Below are positions 1 through 9,844 of a stretch of DNA of 64,000 bases, one piece after another. Origin of the DNA: an uncultured Pseudomonadales bacterium. GTDB lineage: Bacteria; Pseudomonadota; Gammaproteobacteria; Pseudomonadales; JANQJO01. Numbering within the stretch: position 1 is the stretch's first letter; the number at the start of each line of letters is the position of its first letter. The notes beneath the pieces were generated by a model. That model had not been told where the DNA came from. It did no database searches and worked only from the letters and a program-made list of their open reading frames with translations. The position numbers were made by a program, and so were the translations under genes. The stretch lies in contig CAZECE010000060.1 of the NCBI GenBank assembly GCA_964510525.1, positions 17,586 to 81,585 of the forward strand, written 5' to 3'.

Positions 1-1696
1 TGTGAACGGGAGACAGTGCTAATTCGTTCCAAAACTCAGATCCGTCTTTTCTATAATTCAGTATTTCGACACTGATGGCGTCTCGGCGCTTTAATGCCTG
101 TTGTAACGCCTTTATTGTGTCAGGATCTGTGTCTTTGCCTTGCAAGAAAGAGCAACTGACTCCTAGAGATTCTTCTCGGGAGTAACCGGTTGTCTTGATG
201 AAGGCTGGATTGACGTAAATGATGGGAAGAAAACTTTTTTGAGTACTTGAAATGACGATGCCATTTTCTGAAGAATCCAGGGCTTGCTTCATGATTTTTA
301 ATTCGGATTCGGCTTGTCGAATACTGGTAATGTCTTGGCCTGTAAAAATAAAACCAATGATGGTTCCATTATCGTTGATCAGTTCGGATCGACGCCATTG
401 AATCAGCAAGGCTGAATCGCCGGAATTTTTAAGCTCATATTCTTTTTCGAGTAAATTGATGTTGGAAGAAATCGAAAAAAGCGAATGCCAATCTTTTTCT
501 TCAAACAGTGATTTAAGCGTATGTATTGAAGTGATTCCTGACTGTTGAAAATCGGTAGGTAAATTCAGCTGGATTTGTTGAATGAAATGTTGAAAGTTAG
601 GGTTTTCTTGTGTGATATGGCCCTCGGTATCGGTCACAACGAGGAGTTCACTCAATGAATTAATGATGTGCGTGACTTGTTGTTTCGATGTGGTGGTATT
701 GTCCAGCTTTTCAAGCATTTGGTTAAATTGGTTGGCGAGTGTGGTCAGTTCAATGGGATCGTTTTCGTCAATGAATACTCTTTCGTCTAAATGGTCTGAG
801 TCTGATTTGTTCAAAGCCTCGATGGTTGAAGACAAATTATTAAGAGTCATGGACAAACGTCGACTGGTCAGCGAAATAACCCCGCCAACAGCAAAGCCCA
901 AACCAATAATAGCGATGCCAATCGCTGCGTACAGCTTGTGCAGCAAGGTATGAGCGTGTTGATCATGCAATGCGGTGATTAGAGTGAGATTCAAGGGCGA
1001 AATTTTCTGATGAGATTTAAATTTCCAGTCGGTGTAGTCGGATTGAATCAGTTTCATCCCTGTTGTAAAGGCTTCTTGTTCACTGCTATAGAGAACGGTT
1101 TGGTCCTCTTTCAGCAAAAGAAAGTCCATTTTTTTTGACTTTAAGTAAAGAAGGTCATTTAAATTATGTGTTGAGACACGAGTAATAATGCCGCCCTCTG
1201 GAGAACTGGATAACAAAATCGGGCTGGCAATGATCAGCCCGTCTTCTTCCAGTTTGACATAGGTTTGGCCCGATTCATAAATGGCACGCCAACTCGTCCC
1301 GAGTTGTTCGAAATTGGCTTTTTTGAGGCCATTGTCGGTGATTAAGTTGCCTCGGTAGTCGGTGATGTAGATGGGTTCTTGATATCCTGACACGGTAAGC
1401 GATCTAAGGTACAGGGGTAAGTATTGGTCTCTTTGATCGGTATCGATTAATGCATTAATCACCAGGTCATTTTGCGCAATTTCTTCAATTCTCGTTACGG
1501 TATCCTTTATGGTTTTTTCAATCGCATCATGAAAATATTCTCCAACGGTGTCATGAAACGCATTTTGTTCTATTTTATTGATGGTGTTGGAGTAGCTAAG
1601 TAAGCCAAGACTCAATAAGACGGCCATTAAAATACCCATGGGGATGGTTCTAAGGGCAAGAAAATGGGATAAATCAATCGGCTTATTCAACGTCAT
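1..1696 (-). CDS. Membrane sensor protein, partial (C-terminal output domain lies beyond the window edge): TM / periplasmic Cache-like domain / TM / HAMP-like linker / PAS / LOV-like PAS
   Basis: My own minus-strand translation is open from ATG at 1696 (MTLNKPIDLSHFLALRTIPMGILMAVLLSLGLL...) down to base 1. It has no stop in the window, so it is absent from the ORF track. A second TM (AIGIAIIGLGFAVGGVISL) is followed by two PAS-like segments. The last reads IIYVNPAFIKTTGYSREESLGVSCSFLQGKDTDP...NYRKDGSEFWNELALSPV. The start overlaps the upstream gene by 14 nt. Confidence 0.8.
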   Translation of the reverse strand, partial: MTLNKPIDLSHFLALRTIPMGILMAVLLSLGLLSYSNTINKIEQNAFHDTVGEYFHDAIEKTIKDTVTRIEEIAQNDLVINALIDTDQRDQYLPLYLRSLTVSGYQEPIYITDYRGNLITDNGLKKANFEQLGTSWRAIYESGQTYVKLEEDGLIIASPILLSSSPEGGIITRVSTHNLNDLLYLKSKKMDFLLLKEDQTVLYSSEQEAFTTGMKLIQSDYTDWKFKSHQKISPLNLTLITALHDQHAHTLLHKLYAAIGIAIIGLGFAVGGVISLTSRRLSMTLNNLSSTIEALNKSDSDHLDERVFIDENDPIELTTLANQFNQMLEKLDNTTTSKQQVTHIINSLSELLVVTDTEGHITQENPNFQHFIQQIQLNLPTDFQQSGITSIHTLKSLFEEKDWHSLFSISSNINLLEKEYELKNSGDSALLIQWRRSELINDNGTIIGFIFTGQDITSIRQAESELKIMKQALDSSENGIVISSTQKSFLPIIYVNPAFIKTTGYSREESLGVSCSFLQGKDTDPDTIKALQQALKRRDAISVEILNYRKDGSEFWNELALSPVH

Positions 1697-2909
1697 TCTC
1701 ATCAGCAATTCGTTGATGTGGCACGATAAAACCTTCCTTGCTATAAGACCCAAGGATGTAGTTGGATCTGTCCAGCGCCTCGTGTCGTGTGGATGAGAAG
1801 GCGTGTTGATAATGTTTAACAAGCCCTTGATAGGGTTGCAGCTGCTCCAGACTGTCTCGAATGGCTGATGTATCTAAAGAGCCAGTCGCTTGAATGGCCT
1901 GCGCCAGTAAGTGTGTTAGATCATAAGCGTGAGCGATGCCGACGGGGGATGCTAAGTTTTCTGCAGTTGCTGCTGGATCGAAGAGCTTCCGATACAAAGA
2001 CAACACGTTTTGATGGGTTTGGTTGCGTGTCTTTGGGTTGAGAAATGAGTAGGTTTGCAGAAACAATAGGTCCACTTTTTGAATGTTCTTGAGTTCAGCG
2101 ATTGAAGTAAAATGCCCCCCCGTGATGCCCCAATGAGAGTAAATGGGTAAGCGCTCGTTCTTTGGTTGGTTCGCCATATTTTGAACCAGCACAGCACCTT
2201 CGGGGGCGTTAGCAACTAATACAAGTGCCTGGGTTGGTGTTTTTTGGATGCGGTTTAACGTGTTGGAGAAGTCATCTATACCCCAATGGAACCATTCGAT
2301 GGCATGAATATTTATATCCAGCTTTTGAGCTGCTTGCGAGACGGACTTCTCGTTAGAGCGACCCCATCCCGTGCGTTCTAGAAGCAACGCGATATCTGTG
2401 ATGCCGGTCTTTTTAATTTCAGATAATAAAAACTCCCCCGCATACTCATCTCGGACTGACAAACGGAATACATAGTTAGGGGCGTAACCGTTATCGATAA
2501 TCGGAGTACCGGCGGCCCAGGGAACTAAAAAGGGAATCTCAAGTTTGTGTATCAGGGGGAGTTGGCTTAAAACAACCGGCGTGTGAACACCGGATAACAC
2601 GGCTACGGCGTTGTTGTTTTCTACAAGCTCTCGAAGGTTATCGACGCCTCTGGCAGGATTGCCTTTGTGATCGGTGGTGATGAGTTTTAATGGGCGGTTT
2701 AGGACACCCCCCGCTTGGTTAATTTCATGAATGGCTATCTCTGTGCCTCGTTGAATCGCTTGCCCGCCTTCGGCAGCAACCGCACTCATGTCGGCATCTA
2801 GGCCAATAATGATGGGCTCAGAAGTGTTGGCCGCAATGGTGCTTTTTGCCATGACGCTGAAGGCAAAAAAAACGACAGATATCGCCAAGAGTTGTTTTAA
2901 CAGTATCAT
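1683..2909 (-). CDS. Periplasmic type-I solute-binding protein (Leu/Ile/Val-binding LivK/Peripla_BP_6-like), orphan (no permease or ATPase genes adjacent)
   Basis: 408-aa ORF with signal peptide MILLKQLLAISVVFFAFSVMA. The N-terminus IIIGLDADMSAVAAEGGQAIQRGTEIAIHEINQAGGVLNRPLKLITTDHKGNP matches the LivK-family pattern. Confidence 0.8.
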   Translation of the reverse strand: MILLKQLLAISVVFFAFSVMAKSTIAANTSEPIIIGLDADMSAVAAEGGQAIQRGTEIAIHEINQAGGVLNRPLKLITTDHKGNPARGVDNLRELVENNNAVAVLSGVHTPVVLSQLPLIHKLEIPFLVPWAAGTPIIDNGYAPNYVFRLSVRDEYAGEFLLSEIKKTGITDIALLLERTGWGRSNEKSVSQAAQKLDINIHAIEWFHWGIDDFSNTLNRIQKTPTQALVLVANAPEGAVLVQNMANQPKNERLPIYSHWGITGGHFTSIAELKNIQKVDLLFLQTYSFLNPKTRNQTHQNVLSLYRKLFDPAATAENLASPVGIAHAYDLTHLLAQAIQATGSLDTSAIRDSLEQLQPYQGLVKHYQHAFSSTRHEALDRSNYILGSYSKEGFIVPHQRIADENDVE

Positions 2910-3039
2910 TTTTATGTCTAATAAAGAGTGTACTTTTTATCATAGTTTTTATTAGACAATAGGCCCTAAAATCTCAGCGTGCAGAGAGGATTTTATTGCG
3001 TTTTAAATGAGAAACCCGTGCGGTTATGGCGAAAAGCAA

Positions 3040-5001
3040 TCAGTTTGTGTTTAAGCGCTCCGCCACCAGCTTTTCAACGGCGCTGGGGTCTGCCAGAGTG
3101 GAGGTGTCTCCCAACTCATCCACTTCATTCGCTGCAATTTTGCGTAATATCCGCCGCATGATTTTGCCGGAGCGAGTTTTGGGGAGCGCAGGCGCCAATT
3201 GAATCAATTCGGGTTTGGCAATGGGGCCAATCTCTTTGGCCACATGCTCCCTTAAGGTGGCAATTAAGCTGTCGTTGGGACCATCGTTGGAGCCCATGTC
3301 GTGCATCAGTGAAACATAGGCATAAATGCCCTGGCCTTTGATGTCATGCGGATAGCCAACTACGGCAGCCTCGGCAACGGCTTCATGCAATACCAGGGCA
3401 CTTTCAATTTCGGCGGTGCCCAGTCGATGCCCAGAGACATTTAACACATCATCGACGCGCCCAGTAATCCAGTAGTCGCCGTCTTCGTCTCGACGCGCAC
3501 CATCACCGGTAAAATATTTACCAGGATAAGCGGAAAAGTAAGTATCCAGGCAGCGTTGATGATTACCAAAAACACTGCGGATTTGGCTGGGCCAAGACTG
3601 CTCGATCACCAAGTTGCCTTCTCCCGGGCCCTCAATGAGGTTACCTTCGTTATCGACCAAACCCGGTTTAACACCAAAGAAGGGCTTCATGGCGCAACCC
3701 GGCTTCATGTCCGTTACGCCTGGAATGGGGGAGAGCATGATGGCGCCGGTTTCTGTTTGCCACCAGGTATCAACGATGGGGCATTGACCATTGCCGACCA
3801 CCTGGTAATACCATTCCCAAGCTTCTGGGTTGATCGGCTCGCCGACTGTGCCGAGTAATCGTAATGAGTTGCGTTGCGTTTTTTTAACAGGCGCATCACC
3901 CAGAGCCATCAAAGCGCGAATGGCCGTTGGGGCGGTGTAAAAAATACTAACGGCGTGTTTGTCAATGACATTCCAAAATCGGGAGGCTGAAGGGTAGGTG
4001 GGAACCCCTTCAAACATCAGCGTGGTGGCGCCGTTGGCCAATGGACCATAGACAATATAAGAGTGCCCCGTTATCCACCCCACATCCGCTGTGCACCAAT
4101 AAACATCGCCCTCTTGATAATCCAGGATGTATTTATGGGTCAGTGTGGCTTGTAATAAGTAACCGGCGGTAGTGTGTAACACGCCTTTTGGCGTTCCCGT
4201 TGATCCGGATGTGTACAGAATAAACAACGGGTCTTCCGCGTCCATCACTTCGGGTTCATGTATGTTAGAGGCTGAGGCCATCGCTTCGTGATACCAGCAG
4301 TCGCGCTTAGTATGCCAGGCTACGTCATTATCAGTACGCTGAACCACAAAGACGGTATGCACATTAGGGCAGCCTGTAAGAGCCTGGTCGGTATTGATTT
4401 TTAATGGGATGGTTTTGCCGCCCCGAATACCTTCATTGGCGGTAATCACGGCATGACAATCAGAGTCCAATATGCGCTTTTGTAAGGCTTCCGGCGAGAA
4501 GCCGCCGAATACCACCGAATGAATAGCGCCAATGCGTGCACACGCCAGCATGGCCACGGCGGCTTCGGGAATCATCGGCATATAAATGCAAACGCGGTCG
4601 CCTTTTTGAATGTTGCGAGCGAGAAGAGCGTTTGCAAACTGACACACTTCTTGGTGTAGCTCTCGGTAAGTGATGGTTTTGTTATGAGAGGGATCATCAC
4701 CTTCCCAAATAATCGCAGCTTGATCGCCCCGCGTCTCAAGGTGTCGATCCAGACAGTTGTCTGCAACATTCAGTTTGCCTTCGGTAAACCAGATGCTGCC
4801 AGCGGTAGAGAATTCTCCTTCTTGTGTGGTACGCCAAATTTCTAACCAATCAAGGGTTTCATCTGCTCGTGCTTGCCAAAAACGCTCGGGGTGTTCGAGC
4901 GACTCTTGGTACCACTTCTGATAGGTGGCGGCATCTAAATTGGCTTTCTTTTTAAAGGCATCGGATGGGGAATAACGGTTTCCTTTTTGAGCAAGAGACA
5001 T
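3040..5001 (-). CDS. acs: Acetyl-CoA synthetase (AMP-forming)
   Basis: 653 aa. Carries the AMP-binding signature [12 protein letters not shown], plus WWQTETG and a C-terminal [10 protein letters not shown]. Confidence 0.96.
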   Translation of the reverse strand: MSLAQKGNRYSPSDAFKKKANLDAATYQKWYQESLEHPERFWQARADETLDWLEIWRTTQEGEFSTAGSIWFTEGKLNVADNCLDRHLETRGDQAAIIWEGDDPSHNKTITYRELHQEVCQFANALLARNIQKGDRVCIYMPMIPEAAVAMLACARIGAIHSVVFGGFSPEALQKRILDSDCHAVITANEGIRGGKTIPLKINTDQALTGCPNVHTVFVVQRTDNDVAWHTKRDCWYHEAMASASNIHEPEVMDAEDPLFILYTSGSTGTPKGVLHTTAGYLLQATLTHKYILDYQEGDVYWCTADVGWITGHSYIVYGPLANGATTLMFEGVPTYPSASRFWNVIDKHAVSIFYTAPTAIRALMALGDAPVKKTQRNSLRLLGTVGEPINPEAWEWYYQVVGNGQCPIVDTWWQTETGAIMLSPIPGVTDMKPGCAMKPFFGVKPGLVDNEGNLIEGPGEGNLVIEQSWPSQIRSVFGNHQRCLDTYFSAYPGKYFTGDGARRDEDGDYWITGRVDDVLNVSGHRLGTAEIESALVLHEAVAEAAVVGYPHDIKGQGIYAYVSLMHDMGSNDGPNDSLIATLREHVAKEIGPIAKPELIQLAPALPKTRSGKIMRRILRKIAANEVDELGDTSTLADPSAVEKLVAERLNTN

Positions 5002-5169
5002 AGCATTCGCTTCCTTTCAACAACAATGGACGCATCCTATCACTGGCATACAAAGGAATGGAAATAACTCGGGCGATTTAACTTAAAATACCCCAGTGAC
5101 CCGTGTAGACTCCCCTTGGCTGATGAGTCCATTAGGATAAGAGCTTTAAAACTTGAAGGGCGTTAAGTA

Positions 5170-5790
5170 GTGAAGGGTAATATGGGAAAGAAAGGGGTCA
5201 GCCTGCTGCTGTTTTTGATGGTATTTTCATCAGGTTGTGTCAGCAAACCACCCAAAAACAAAAGCGATCTTTGTGCGATTTTCGGTGAAAAGAGGTCTTG
5301 GTACAAAGATGCCGTCCGCTCTGAAAAACGCTGGAACATTCCTTTGACGACATCTATGGCGATTATGTACCAAGAGTCTTCTTTTAACGCCAAAGCAAAA
5401 CCACCAAGACGTCGCCTATTGGGGTTTATTCCTTGGAAGCGACAGTCTTCAGCCTATGGTTACGCGCAAGCTTTAGACGGCACTTGGAAGCATTATAAAG
5501 AGCAGAGTGGGAACTGGTCCGCAGATCGAGACGATTTTGGAGATGCAATTGATTTTGTGGCTTGGTACAGTCGGGATGCGGTAAAACACACTAAAGTAAA
5601 CCCTGCTAATGCGTATGGCCTTTACTTGGTTTACCACGAAGGGGTTGGTGGGTACCGTCGAGGGTCTTATCAAAATAAGCCCCAGGTAAAGAAAACGGCG
5701 TCTAAAGTGCAAGCTCGTGCCAAACGGTACCATCGCCAATATGCGGGATGCAAAAAGCGGCTTGATCGGCCCTGGTGGCGATTTTGGTAG
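5170..5790 (+). CDS. Lipoprotein with lytic transglycosylase (SLT)-like domain
   Basis: Lipobox VFSSGC. SLT-like catalytic region MYQESSFNAKA...SSAYGYAQALDGTW. The start is either GTG 5170 or ATG 5182. Confidence 0.7.
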   Translation: MKGNMGKKGVSLLLFLMVFSSGCVSKPPKNKSDLCAIFGEKRSWYKDAVRSEKRWNIPLTTSMAIMYQESSFNAKAKPPRRRLLGFIPWKRQSSAYGYAQALDGTWKHYKEQSGNWSADRDDFGDAIDFVAWYSRDAVKHTKVNPANAYGLYLVYHEGVGGYRRGSYQNKPQVKKTASKVQARAKRYHRQYAGCKKRLDRPWWRFW

Positions 5791-5796
5791 TTTATA

Positions 5797-6978
5797 TTAA
5801 AAGAACTCGATGTCGCTTTCGATGATTGGTTGGTTGATCTTGCCTTGATAAATAAGATCTTCATAGCAATGCAGTTGGTTCCTTCCATGAGCTTTGGCGT
5901 AGTAAAGTGCCTGGTCGGCATGTCCAATGATCGTGGTTGGAACTTCCGTTGAAGATATTTGAACGATGCCTATCGAGATCGTGATGTTATTGGCTTTGCC
6001 AAAGCTTTGTTCTGCAATGGTGAGCCGCAGCCTTTCGAAAATGGCCAACGCTGATGTTTTGTTTTTACAAGCGGCAATGACCAGAAACTCCTCACCACCA
6101 TAACGATAAATTAAGTCCTCTTCTCGAAAATTTTTTTGCAGTAAAGTCGCCACAGTTAAAATTACGTCATCTCCAAACAGGTGGCCAAATTTATCATTAA
6201 TCTCTTTAAAGTAGTCGATGTCAATCAGACCCAACCAATAGTGTGGCTCTGAAGCTTGAGTGTCCTGGCTTGATAGTGATCTTCTTTCCTCTGAAGGCAG
6301 AGAGGTATCAAGAGTGGGGGTTGTGATGGCTTGGATTGTGTTGTTTATGATGCTATTAAGTGCATTACTTAAGCTTTTGCGATTAAGTAGTGCGGTAAGG
6401 CTATCGCGCTCACTTTCAAAGGTGGTGTCCATAATATTCTGAGCGATTTGAGTGACTCCAGAAATGAGCTGCTTGTCCATTAGTGAGTCGTATTTACTCG
6501 AGACTAAAACAATGTATTTTGTTGTACTGGCTTTATCGAGCAGGATAGGTAATGTCCAGAGAAACCCGGATTTAACTGTGATTTCAATGGGTCGCTTGTG
6601 TTCAATGCAGGGCTGCAACCAATCTTTGGCCGACTGTCGAATCAGTTGGCGTACCTCTGATAATGAGGGCGTTCGCTGAGTATTGTCGTAAGACGCTGTT
6701 ATTTTAATGTCGCTTGTTTGGTGAGAGTTTGGGACTTCAACAACACAGACGAGAGTAGCGCTAGTTAATTGTATGATCTGCTTGGCGAGATTTGTCGCAA
6801 TATCAAATAATGTTTTCTGGCCGGTTATTTGGATGAGGGCGGGAAAAATATTTTGATGCGCATTTTTTGTGGCATCAACAGCGTTATTGCTACCATTTTT
6901 GCCACTAGTAGCGTCTGCATTATCAACAGCTTTAGTGTGCTTTGCTTTGAAAAAGTCGGGTTTAAGCATGTGGCTCAA
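5797..6978 (-). CDS. Diguanylate cyclase (GGDEF domain) with an uncharacterised N-terminal sensory region
   Basis: Active site RYGGEEFLVIA, preceded by an RxxD I-site (REED) at the canonical spacing. 393 aa with no obvious TM. Confidence 0.88.
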   Translation of the reverse strand: MSHMLKPDFFKAKHTKAVDNADATSGKNGSNNAVDATKNAHQNIFPALIQITGQKTLFDIATNLAKQIIQLTSATLVCVVEVPNSHQTSDIKITASYDNTQRTPSLSEVRQLIRQSAKDWLQPCIEHKRPIEITVKSGFLWTLPILLDKASTTKYIVLVSSKYDSLMDKQLISGVTQIAQNIMDTTFESERDSLTALLNRKSLSNALNSIINNTIQAITTPTLDTSLPSEERRSLSSQDTQASEPHYWLGLIDIDYFKEINDKFGHLFGDDVILTVATLLQKNFREEDLIYRYGGEEFLVIAACKNKTSALAIFERLRLTIAEQSFGKANNITISIGIVQISSTEVPTTIIGHADQALYYAKAHGRNQLHCYEDLIYQGKINQPIIESDIEFF

Positions 6979-7229
6979 TGATATTCTTTTGTTTTTTCCC
7001 TTGGTTTTACTTGGAATGCAGAGTTTTGTGTTGTTTAGAGTATTACCGGACTTTTAAAGTATAGAGTGCAATTTGGCTTTTGACTTAGCATCTATTCACA
7101 TTAAAGGCCTTTCTTTTTAAAAAACAGTTGATGCTGATTAGGGCTCTTGGTATACCTATTCCCTTGTAGACAAGTACAAATGCTTAGAAATAAAGGGCAA
7201 AGCAACGATCAAAAGGAAGGGAGAGTCAA

Positions 7230-7601
7230 GTGCTAAAGATGAGGGCAGTAAAAACAGTAGGCTATGGTATGGCGTTGAGTTTCATAGCGTTGATGGCCAC
7301 AGGATGCGTGCCCGCAGTCGTGGTGGGGGGAACGGCAGCTGGTTATTATGTCGGCCAAGATGAGCGAACGCTCAATGAAATTGTGGATGATGCCAGCATT
7401 ACGGCCAGTATTAATGCCAAATACGTAAAAGACCCCATGGTCAGCTCTTGGGATGTGAATGTTGACACTCGATTTGGCGTGGTGACGCTGTATGGCACGG
7501 TTTCTGGTGGGGCTGTGGAGCAACGTGCCATTGAAATCGCTCAAAACACCAAAGGTGTTAAAAAAATAATCTCTAAAATGACCATTGTTGAGCGTCAGTA
7601 A
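7230..7601 (+). CDS. BON-domain lipoprotein (OsmY-like)
   Basis: Lipobox MATGC. BON-like core DVNVDTRFGVVTLYGTVSGGAVEQRAIEIAQNTKGVKKI. A Shine-Dalgarno-like GGAAGGGAGAG lies upstream. Confidence 0.8.
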   Translation: MLKMRAVKTVGYGMALSFIALMATGCVPAVVVGGTAAGYYVGQDERTLNEIVDDASITASINAKYVKDPMVSSWDVNVDTRFGVVTLYGTVSGGAVEQRAIEIAQNTKGVKKIISKMTIVERQ

Positions 7602-8614
7602 TGCTTGCGTTCGCGGTTGCTCCGATAAAGCGAGTAACGGCCCTGGTGTGCTTGTGCTGTGCTTGGTGTTTAGCGGGCAGCTCGGCAGCGTTTGCGGCGT
7701 CTTTTATGATGGAGCCTGTTGGCTTGGATCCTCAATCTCAACAGTTCAAGAAGGTGTTGAACGAAGTCTCTCAATTAGGTTTTGCGGGCAATGCCAATTT
7801 CAAAGTCATTCGGCTTGAAGATGAACTTCAGGCGCAATTGAGTTTTCATTTTTCCGTTGAGTCAGAGTTGGGCTATTCAGGCAAAGCAGATGCCATTGGG
7901 TTGCGCTGGTGGTGGTCGGAGTATGATCCTGCGACTGGACAAGGCGAGCGTTTTGAAGAGCCGATTGGATTTTCTGTTCAGGTGCTCAAGCCTCCTCATC
8001 AATTGCTTTGGAGTCCAAAATTGCCATCGCATCGAACGGGCCTTTTTGAACTTCGAGCGGAATTGTCAAATGGTGTGCAACTTCCCCCGGTGCATTATCA
8101 AGTGGTGGCCGATAAAAAACAGACACTGAAAGTGCCTCGGTTAATTGAGAGTGCGCCCGATAATCGCAACTCTGATTTGGTCTGGCGAGTAAAGCAAGCG
8201 GATCTATCACAGGTTATGGTTTATCGTGTTGAGCTATTTGTGACCTCTAAACCGCCCTTTTTTGATTGGTCACAGAACCAAGCATCTCATAGGCAGGCCG
8301 TGCATCAGACCCATCATGTGCATCGAATCCATCATATGCGTCGAGAGCTGCCTTCAAAAATCCGCTTGGGCTATCTAGTGCCCGCCACGCAAGGCCGCCA
8401 AGTGCTGGTCTCTAGCGCCTTCTCAGCAAATCCAGTGCCGGCTAGTCAAGGTGGTTTATCTAAAAAACTCGTGTTGGAATACGAGTTCCCAATGCCGGAA
8501 GTGACTCGCAGCGCTTTAAAACTCGGCCAACAAGTCTATTGGCGGGTGGTGGGCATTGATAGGTTGGGTCGAAGTATTGTCAGTAGTTCGCTTGTGAAGA
8601 AGCTGATTAAGTAA
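7601..8614 (+). CDS. Hypothetical secreted protein with a His-rich segment
   Basis: 337-aa ORF. Signal peptide ends SSAAFA. The start ATG overlaps the BON gene stop (TAATG). His cluster HRQAVHQTHHVHRIHHMRRE. I recognise no family. Confidence 0.55.
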   Translation: MLAFAVAPIKRVTALVCLCCAWCLAGSSAAFAASFMMEPVGLDPQSQQFKKVLNEVSQLGFAGNANFKVIRLEDELQAQLSFHFSVESELGYSGKADAIGLRWWWSEYDPATGQGERFEEPIGFSVQVLKPPHQLLWSPKLPSHRTGLFELRAELSNGVQLPPVHYQVVADKKQTLKVPRLIESAPDNRNSDLVWRVKQADLSQVMVYRVELFVTSKPPFFDWSQNQASHRQAVHQTHHVHRIHHMRRELPSKIRLGYLVPATQGRQVLVSSAFSANPVPASQGGLSKKLVLEYEFPMPEVTRSALKLGQQVYWRVVGIDRLGRSIVSSSLVKKLIK

Positions 8615-8617
8615 TAG

Positions 8618-9844
8618 TTAAGCAATAGTGTTTTCCTTCAAGACCATCGCAAAACATTGAGCGCTTTTTTCAAATTCTTTTAGCTGCAAGTAAACGTCTG
8701 CCAATGCGCGATGCGTCATCTCGTTGTCATCAAGCGTTAGGCTTTTACAAAGCGATTCCTCGGCCTGTTTCCAGTCTTTCTGCCGAGTATGTTGGCAGCC
8801 TAATGCATACCACGCCGCTGATTGTACTGAATGCTGAAACGTGGTTTTGGTGTGTTGCTGTAATGTTTTCAGGGTGCTGTTTTGCAGCGTGATGGGTGAT
8901 TTTCCTAGAAGCTGTAACCAAACAGCGTGACCGGTTTTTTCAAGCAACCAGAGAAGCAATGCTTCCGCTAGCGCATATTCCTCAAGTTGAGACAGTTGCT
9001 CAAGGTGGGGCTGGTGAAAATCGGGCGTTTCGATTAAGAGTGGCGGTAATGACTTCCATGCCGCTATTAACTTTTTGACTCGGCTACTGTGTTCCGGGAT
9101 TGCGGTTAGAGATTGGATTTCTTGGCGGATTAACGCATGAAAGCAGGTTCTTTCTAATTGTTGAAGGGTGAGGGTGGGGAGTATGTGGTGCTTTTTCAGC
9201 TTGGGAAGCAGCCCTTTTAAATCATGCCATTTCTCAGCCTTTTCATAACTGATCGCAAGCGTATGCAAAATGGCGGCGTCCTTGGGTTGGCGTTTGTGTT
9301 GTTTTTCCAAGTATTGCAGGGCTTGTGTGTGGTCGGGGGTGGTTTTCATTTCAGCCTCTAACAATCGAGCCTGTTTTGTTGCGGCATCTCCTTGGTCCAT
9401 CGCCGTTTCAGCAAGGCGTTGTAAATGTTGGTCTCGAGCTTGGGTATCCCCCAGTTGGTGCGCAGCTCGTGCGGCTCCTAACTGACGGAGTAAATTAATC
9501 TCAGGTTGATTCTCCGTGTTTTTAAGCAGTTTAAAGGCTCGATCATAATGGCCGCGGCTGAGAGCGACCAAGCCCGCAAGCGTGTCTGAAAAAGATTTTT
9601 GATGCGCTCTTTTTTGGTGCCAGGTTTGGAGTTTTTGAGAGGAGCTCAAGATCGGTTTTACTGCCTGGACGAATATATTGAGCACAATGAAACTCAGCAG
9701 AGCGGCTCCTACAAAAACCAGCAAGCTCATTTCAATACTGAGCCCTTGTAGGGAGATTAAAACGTAGCCGGGATCGGATAAAACAGCGCTGCCAAATAAA
9801 ATAGACAAAGTAATGAAGGCGATGCTGATCAAGGCGAATTTCAT
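8618..9844 (-). CDS. hemY: HemY-like protein (heme biosynthesis-associated, TPR, two N-terminal TMs)
   Basis: 408 aa with N-terminal TM helices then TPR-like repeats. It is the last gene of the hemC-hemD-hemX-hemY order, as in E. coli and Pseudomonas. Confidence 0.8.
   Translation of the reverse strand: MKFALISIAFITLSILFGSAVLSDPGYVLISLQGLSIEMSLLVFVGAALLSFIVLNIFVQAVKPILSSSQKLQTWHQKRAHQKSFSDTLAGLVALSRGHYDRAFKLLKNTENQPEINLLRQLGAARAAHQLGDTQARDQHLQRLAETAMDQGDAATKQARLLEAEMKTTPDHTQALQYLEKQHKRQPKDAAILHTLAISYEKAEKWHDLKGLLPKLKKHHILPTLTLQQLERTCFHALIRQEIQSLTAIPEHSSRVKKLIAAWKSLPPLLIETPDFHQPHLEQLSQLEEYALAEALLLWLLEKTGHAVWLQLLGKSPITLQNSTLKTLQQHTKTTFQHSVQSAAWYALGCQHTRQKDWKQAEESLCKSLTLDDNEMTHRALADVYLQLKEFEKSAQCFAMVLKENTIA

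Noticed and set aside
612-953. The 113-aa plus-strand ORF at 612-953, together with the many 60-170-aa ORFs antisense to or nested in long genes (for example 1952-2215, 3556-3858, 21764-22270, 27937-28311, 50489-50884, 53816-54112 and 61666-62001)
   Set aside because: Each lies entirely inside a longer ORF with strong family-level identity on the other strand or frame. Their translations are low-complexity or Arg/Ser/Pro-rich, as expected for out-of-frame reading.
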